Part shown: one piece after another, positions 58,379-64,000 of the stretch | How positions within the stretch are numbered: position 1 is the first letter of the stretch | Layout of the letters: every line of letters starts with the position of its first letter | Sequence record: OQ378934.1 | Strand: one strand, 5' to 3' | Source: Escherichia phage LH2 | Length of the DNA stretch: 64,000 nt | Position numbers and translations under genes: made by a program | The notes under the pieces: model-generated | The model's database searches: none | The model's input: the letters and a program-made list of their open reading frames with translations, nothing else | What the model was told of the DNA's origin: nothing

Positions 58379-60109
58379 TTATAAACCTACGTCTATACGG
58401 CTACCATCAATTGTGTATTGACCAGATGAAATAGAACTCATAGATGCCATTTTTTCTGTCCAATCACCACCAACGTCCCAATCAACTGTCCCAGCAACTT
58501 TCCAAGAAAGATTTCCATTTACTGTGTTAGTTTGATTTCCTTCAACTAAAGTGGTAGCATCTCCTTTAACTGTAATGTCAGCATTACCTTCAACTACAAT
58601 AGTAACATTACCTTTTACTAGGATAGTTCCATTACCTTCAACTGTCTTGGTTTCATCGCCACGCACAAATATTGTGTTGCTTCCATCTATTTGGTGAAGA
58701 CGATTATCCATGTTGTAATAAATTTCTGATCCACCGACGTTAGTCTTTTTATCGCCGGCTACCAAAAAATTACCATCAGCATTTGTTATATCATACAAAT
58801 TATCAACAGTTTTTCTTGTTCTTCTTCCTGATGGTGATACTTCCTCATACGTTCCAGTCGGATGAACTAATCTGTATCGCTCTTGCCCAGGGGTATCATC
58901 AAATTCCTGAATATGACCGCTTTCAGTTTCCATTGTGTGAACATACGGATACTCACCTTTATATGAAGAAACAGGTTCTTTGAATAAAATTCTCGAATCA
59001 TTCGGAATAGGAGGGTCAGCCGGGTCAGAAGACTTTGCTACAGTAGCAGCCATTGCAGACAAAGACCTAGCTGGTGTTTTCACTTCAATACCGTATGATT
59101 CCAAATTGCCTGTAAGAATAATCATGGTAACACGGGATGCACGGCCTTTTGTTTGTTGATACCACAATGAATCACGACCGGCTTTATATGCTTTTTCCCA
59201 ATCTCCGGCTAACATAGCAGTTAACATTGTGTTAAATTTAGCTACACCGCCAACACCCATCTGAAATGCCATATTTTCTAATGCCATTTGACGAGAACGA
59301 TTAACTGCTTTCCAAACTGGGCCAACTTTAGAATGTGATTTAATGTCACGTTGCATATCAGCTAAATCACGTTCAAATAAAGTTACCGCTTCTTCCATTG
59401 TAATAGAACCTGGATTTCCGGTAATTTCACGACCAACTTGTTTTGATAAAACTTTATTAATTTGGGCCATATCACGAACTGGCTGCTTCATGATAAGATG
59501 ACCAATACCAATTGTCGGATATCCTTCTGTATCCCAATAAACTTTTAGTCTTAATCCTTCATCACGGCGAAGCATTTCAGCCATTGACATATTTGGATTA
59601 TCATCAGTTGGAATTTCTGATAATGGTCTATCATCAGGATTTATCGCAGTGTCTAGATTGCTATCTTGGATAATATTAGAAGACGAATCATATCCTACTT
59701 CTCCGCCTTGGTTTAATACGTTAGTATCATTTCCTAGACGTCTAGGATACTGCCCAGTTGGGTCAGAAAATCCTTCAAGTCTATTAGGTTTTTCGCGAAC
59801 TATCCCACCATACGTGCCAAGGACAATTCCGTTAGTTTTCCATTTGTCTAAAAAATGACCATAAACTCTAGTTCCTTCTACCGGACCAGTAACGGAGCCT
59901 CCAATTCCAGACATTGCTGCAGAAGTTATAGGTTGAATAACTGACATCCATGGTAATTTATCAGTTGGAATACCCATTACGTCGCCTTGTGCTCTTTGAG
60001 GTGGATGCAGACCAACTACACGAACACGAACACGACCTAATTTTAATGGGTCCATTCTATCTTCAACAACACCAACAAACCAATTAAGATTATTACTTAT
60101 CATTTCCAT
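58379..60109 (-). CDS. 5: Baseplate central spike / tail lysozyme gp5, 576 aa
   Basis: Lysozyme-like core GLRLKVYWDTEGYPTIGIGHL and C-terminal beta-helix repeats VEGN...; matches T4 gp5. Confidence 0.9.
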   Translation of the reverse strand: MEMISNNLNWFVGVVEDRMDPLKLGRVRVRVVGLHPPQRAQGDVMGIPTDKLPWMSVIQPITSAAMSGIGGSVTGPVEGTRVYGHFLDKWKTNGIVLGTYGGIVREKPNRLEGFSDPTGQYPRRLGNDTNVLNQGGEVGYDSSSNIIQDSNLDTAINPDDRPLSEIPTDDNPNMSMAEMLRRDEGLRLKVYWDTEGYPTIGIGHLIMKQPVRDMAQINKVLSKQVGREITGNPGSITMEEAVTLFERDLADMQRDIKSHSKVGPVWKAVNRSRQMALENMAFQMGVGGVAKFNTMLTAMLAGDWEKAYKAGRDSLWYQQTKGRASRVTMIILTGNLESYGIEVKTPARSLSAMAATVAKSSDPADPPIPNDSRILFKEPVSSYKGEYPYVHTMETESGHIQEFDDTPGQERYRLVHPTGTYEEVSPSGRRTRKTVDNLYDITNADGNFLVAGDKKTNVGGSEIYYNMDNRLHQIDGSNTIFVRGDETKTVEGNGTILVKGNVTIVVEGNADITVKGDATTLVEGNQTNTVNGNLSWKVAGTVDWDVGGDWTEKMASMSSISSGQYTIDGSRIDVGL

Positions 60110-60683
60110 AAGATTTCTCCATTATACGTATAAGGTCGTTCATAAATGAATTGATGTCTGATTTTGCTATTATTTTTATTTGACGAAGTTTTTCATTTTC
60201 AAGAACAGCAGCTTCATACGTATCGACCGCAGCAAGTGCTCCTTCATATTGAGGATATTTTCTAGCTTTATCACCTTTGTCATACCAAACATATGGATTA
60301 TCATCGTATGATATTAAATTATAAAATTTTTCACCGTTCTCATTCACATGATATACTATTTGGTCTCCACCTACATTTTTGTATTTTTGTATAGATGCTT
60401 GATAAGCAGCTTCTTGTGAAGTAATCCATCCATAATACGGGTCATAATTATCATTACACATCAATAAAACCCAATACAGCTGTGGATTTCCATATATAGC
60501 ATTTGCTAATTCTTCCGGGCGTGGTGAACCTTTAATATAATAAGTACGTAAGCGGTATCCCGCAAGAGCGCGTTTAAAATAGTCTTTATAGTTTCTAAAA
60601 ATATCTGTCATAGGAATAGTCGGCGCGTTTTTATTCACTGTTTTGGCCGCATATTCAATCGGATCAAAAAATGTAAAGAGCAT
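60093..60683 (-). CDS. 53: Baseplate wedge protein gp53, 196 aa
   Basis: Size and synteny; 17 nt overlap with gene 5. Confidence 0.8.
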   Translation of the reverse strand: MLFTFFDPIEYAAKTVNKNAPTIPMTDIFRNYKDYFKRALAGYRLRTYYIKGSPRPEELANAIYGNPQLYWVLLMCNDNYDPYYGWITSQEAAYQASIQKYKNVGGDQIVYHVNENGEKFYNLISYDDNPYVWYDKGDKARKYPQYEGALAAVDTYEAAVLENEKLRQIKIIAKSDINSFMNDLIRIMEKSYGNDK

Positions 60684-60696
60684 GGGCCCTCCTGTT

Positions 60697-60720
60697 TATA
60701 AATATATTATCTATTTATAA
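60697..60720. promoter_or_regulatory. Divergent late promoters: TATAAATA on + strand (60697-60704, gene 4) and on - strand (60713-60720, gene 53)
   Basis: Both exact octamers seen in the 47 bp divergent intergenic region. Confidence 0.5.
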
Positions 60721-60730
60721 GGAGAATCCA

Positions 60731-61183
60731 ATGGCATATTCTGGAAAATGGGTTCCTAAAAATATATCAAAATATAGAGGTGACCCTAAAAAAATTACGT
60801 ATAGATCAAATTGGGAAAAATTCTTTTTTGAATGGTTAGATAAAAATCCAGAAATTATTGCATGGGGTAGTGAAACAGCAGTAATTCCTTATTTTTGTAA
60901 TGCAGAAGGGAAAAAACGTAGATACTTCATGGATATTTGGATGAAAGATTCTTCTGGACAAGAATTTTTTATTGAAATAAAACCTAAAAAAGAAACACAA
61001 CCACCAGTTAAACCAGCACATCTAACGACCGCAGCGAAGAAAAGATTTATGAATGAAATTTATACATATTCTGTTAATACTGACAAATGGAAAGCAGCGC
61101 AATCTTTAGCTGAAAAGCGTGGAATAAAATTTAGAATTCTAACAGAAGATGGATTACGAGCTCTTGGCTTTAAGGGGGCATAA
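60731..61183 (+). CDS. 4: Head completion protein gp4, 150 aa
   Basis: Size and synteny (4-2-3-1-57A). Confidence 0.8.
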   Translation: MAYSGKWVPKNISKYRGDPKKITYRSNWEKFFFEWLDKNPEIIAWGSETAVIPYFCNAEGKKRRYFMDIWMKDSSGQEFFIEIKPKKETQPPVKPAHLTTAAKKRFMNEIYTYSVNTDKWKAAQSLAEKRGIKFRILTEDGLRALGFKGA

Positions 61184-62007
61184 TGGCTATTTTTCAAATA
61201 ATTAATGAAAGCACTCCCCAAGTTCCAAAGGTTAAGCAATCATTAAACGAAAAGAAATGGATTCAGATAGGTCTTGAATATAAAAAGGCCAAAGCAAAAG
61301 GAATGACAGGAAAGCAATTTGCTGAAGAAAGAGGAATTAAATACTCTACGTTTACTTCAGCAATGTCAAAATATGCTTCAGGAATTAAAACAGCTGAAAA
61401 GATTCAAAAGCTTGAATCAAAACCAATGAATAAACTCAATAAGCAAGAAAGACAACTGCTTATGATAAATTCATTCAGACAAACATTGCGCGATAAAATT
61501 CGTAATGAAGGTGCAGCAATTAATAATAAAACCAGAAAGTGGTTTGCTGAAACTATTAAGCAGGTAAAAGGACATAAAGTTGTTCGCCCGCAGCCGGGAC
61601 GAATATATGCTTTTGCTTATGATGCTAAACACAAAGAAACTCTTCCTTATTGGGATAAATTTCCTTTGATAATTTACCTCGGTTTAGGTAAACATAATTT
61701 AATGTACGGATTGAACTTGCACTATATTCCACCTAAAGCTCGTCAGCAATTTCTAGAAGAGCTTTTAAAGCAATATTCGAATACACCTACTATTACTAAT
61801 AAAACGAAATTAAAAATTGATTGGAGTCAAGTGAAAGGATTTAGGGGTGCAGACCAAATGATTAAGGCATATATACCCGGTAATATTATGGGTAACCTTG
61901 TTGAAATCGCCCCGAAAGACTGGGCGAACGTTGTATTAATGCCACTCCAAAGCTTTTACTCCAAAGGAAAACGTTTCTCTGCAAACAAAGTTTGGTCAAA
62001 TATCTAA
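61183..62007 (+). CDS. 2: DNA end protector protein gp2, 274 aa
   Basis: Size and synteny; basic protein. Confidence 0.8.
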   Translation: MAIFQIINESTPQVPKVKQSLNEKKWIQIGLEYKKAKAKGMTGKQFAEERGIKYSTFTSAMSKYASGIKTAEKIQKLESKPMNKLNKQERQLLMINSFRQTLRDKIRNEGAAINNKTRKWFAETIKQVKGHKVVRPQPGRIYAFAYDAKHKETLPYWDKFPLIIYLGLGKHNLMYGLNLHYIPPKARQQFLEELLKQYSNTPTITNKTKLKIDWSQVKGFRGADQMIKAYIPGNIMGNLVEIAPKDWANVVLMPLQSFYSKGKRFSANKVWSNI

Positions 62008-62113
62008 TTCTATTATCTTCCATTCTTTTCTATTGTTTGTTCTAATTGGAATTGAATGGAAGGGACTTAGACCCATTATACCATCAACATTTATGAAGCA
62101 TTATGAGGAATAT

Positions 62114-62644
62114 ATGTCGCAAGCACTACAACAAATTTTTAACCAAGCAAATACAACTAACTTTGTAGTATCAATACCACATAGTAATACTACATCTGCT
62201 TTTACTTTAAATGCTCAGTCAGTTCCTATTCCGGGAATTAGGATACCTGTTACTGATACCGTGACTGGGCCGTTTGGACTAGGCCGAGCACAGCGTCCAG
62301 GAGTTACATTTGAGTACGACCCACTCATCGTGAGATTTATAGTTGATGAAGAGCTTAAGTCGTGGATAGGAATGTATGAATGGATGCTAGGAACTAGTAA
62401 CTATCTTACAGGCGAAAATACTGCCCAAAAAACAGGTCCTGAATACATTACGCTTTACATTTTAGACAACAGTAAAACTGAAATCGTGATGTCAATAAAT
62501 TTTTATAAGCCTTGGGTTTCTGACCTGTCTGAAGTAGAATTTAGCTACACGGAAGATTCAGACCCAGCTTTAGTATGTACAGCAACGATTCCTTATACGT
62601 ATTTTCAAGTAGAAAAAGATGGTAAAATTATAGCAGAAGTTTAA
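62114..62644 (+). CDS. 3: Tail tube terminator / tail completion protein gp3, 176 aa
   Basis: ATG at 62114 with SD gagga; ORF-track start at 62033 is an upstream extension. Confidence 0.75.
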   Translation: MSQALQQIFNQANTTNFVVSIPHSNTTSAFTLNAQSVPIPGIRIPVTDTVTGPFGLGRAQRPGVTFEYDPLIVRFIVDEELKSWIGMYEWMLGTSNYLTGENTAQKTGPEYITLYILDNSKTEIVMSINFYKPWVSDLSEVEFSYTEDSDPALVCTATIPYTYFQVEKDGKIIAEV

Positions 62645-62668
62645 TGCTTCAGTTTCATGTGTTATAAT
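62645..62668 (+). promoter_or_regulatory. MotA-dependent middle promoter for gene 1 (TGCTTCA + TATAAT)
   Basis: tgcttca 62645-62651, 11 nt spacer, tataat 62663-62668. Confidence 0.5.
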
Positions 62669-62693
62669 CTTAACTAAATTTGAGGAGAAACAT

Positions 62694-63406
62694 ATGAAAC
62701 TAATCTTTTTAAGTGGTGTAAAGCGTAGTGGAAAAGATACTACTGCAGATTTTATCATGAATAATTATTCTGCAGTTAAATATCAACTTGCTGGTCCTAT
62801 TAAAGATGCATTGGCTTATGCATGGGGCGTATTCGCAGCAAACACTGACTATCCTTGCTTAACTCGTAAGGAGTTTGAAGGAATTGACTATGATCGTGAG
62901 ACTGATTTAAATCTGACTAAATCAGAAGTAATCACGATTATGGAACAAGCATTTTGCTATCTTAACGGTAAAAGCCCAATTAAAGGTGTGTGTGTTTTTG
63001 ATGACGCAGTTAATTTCGTAGCATTTAATAAGATTATTGACGTTATAAATAATATTGAAGATCAATGGTCAGTCCGTCGTCTGATGCAAGCCCTAGGTAC
63101 GGATTTGATTGTTAATAACTTCGACCGCATGTATTGGGTAAAATTATTTGCTTTAGATTATCTTGATAAATTTAACTCAGGTTATGATTATTATATCGTT
63201 CCTGATACTCGTCAAGATCATGAAATGGATGCGGCTAGGGCGATGGGTGCTACAGTAATTCATGTAGTTCGTCCTGGTCAAAAATCCAATGATACACATA
63301 TTACAGAAGCTGGATTGCCAATTCGTGATGGCGATTTAGTAATTACAAACGATGGTTCTCTTGAAGAACTTTTTTCTAAAATTAAAAATACACTAAAGGT
63401 ACTATA

Positions 63407-63407
<1 letters not shown>
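62694..63407 (+). CDS. 1: Deoxynucleoside monophosphate kinase gp1, 237 aa
   Basis: P-loop SGVKRSGKDT; position and size as T4 gene 1. Confidence 0.85.

Positions 63408-64000
<593 letters not shown>

Overview
This window reads as a contiguous, densely coded segment of a T4-like (Tevenvirinae) coliphage genome, indistinguishable by gene order and ORF lengths from Escherichia phage T4 or a very close relative. No tools were run: calls rest on motif recognition, ORF lengths, gene order and promoter/terminator motifs, and no database search was possible. Order, left to right: 3' end of the nrdB group I intron with the C-terminus of its homing-endonuclease ORF, nrdB exon 2, denA, rnlA, alc, pseT region, small early ORFs, cd, 31, rIII, a variable island, gene 30 DNA ligase, alt plus a truncated alt paralog; then minus-strand baseplate hub genes 54-48-29-28-27-51, divergent 26-25, uvsY, uvsW, a GIY-YIG gene (segE-like), inh-like, hoc, rnlB; then the minus-strand structural block 24-23-22-21-68-67-20-19-18-17-16-15-14-13-wac-12-11-10-9-8-7-6-5.4, two GIY-YIG genes flanking a 5.1-like ORF, 5, 53; then 4-2-3-1-57A and the start of 57B. 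No tRNA genes, CRISPR arrays or integrases were recognised. Most of the window is canonical; the best candidate for something not well described is the rIII-to-gene-30 interval (8438-10770): a ~400 bp ORF-free, GC-elevated segment, a small basic protein, a 16-codon mini-ORF, a NADAR-domain (YbiA-like) protein and a HAD-family hydrolase with a tandem Tyr/Pro-rich repeat, lying a few kb from the Alt ADP-ribosyltransferase. Other points worth a second look are a ~50 bp early-promoter/inverted-repeat element present in two copies, a frameshifted truncated alt paralog, and two GIY-YIG endonuclease genes inside the baseplate gene block. I cannot tell from memory whether the rIII-30 island content is identical to reference T4, so its novelty is unverified.
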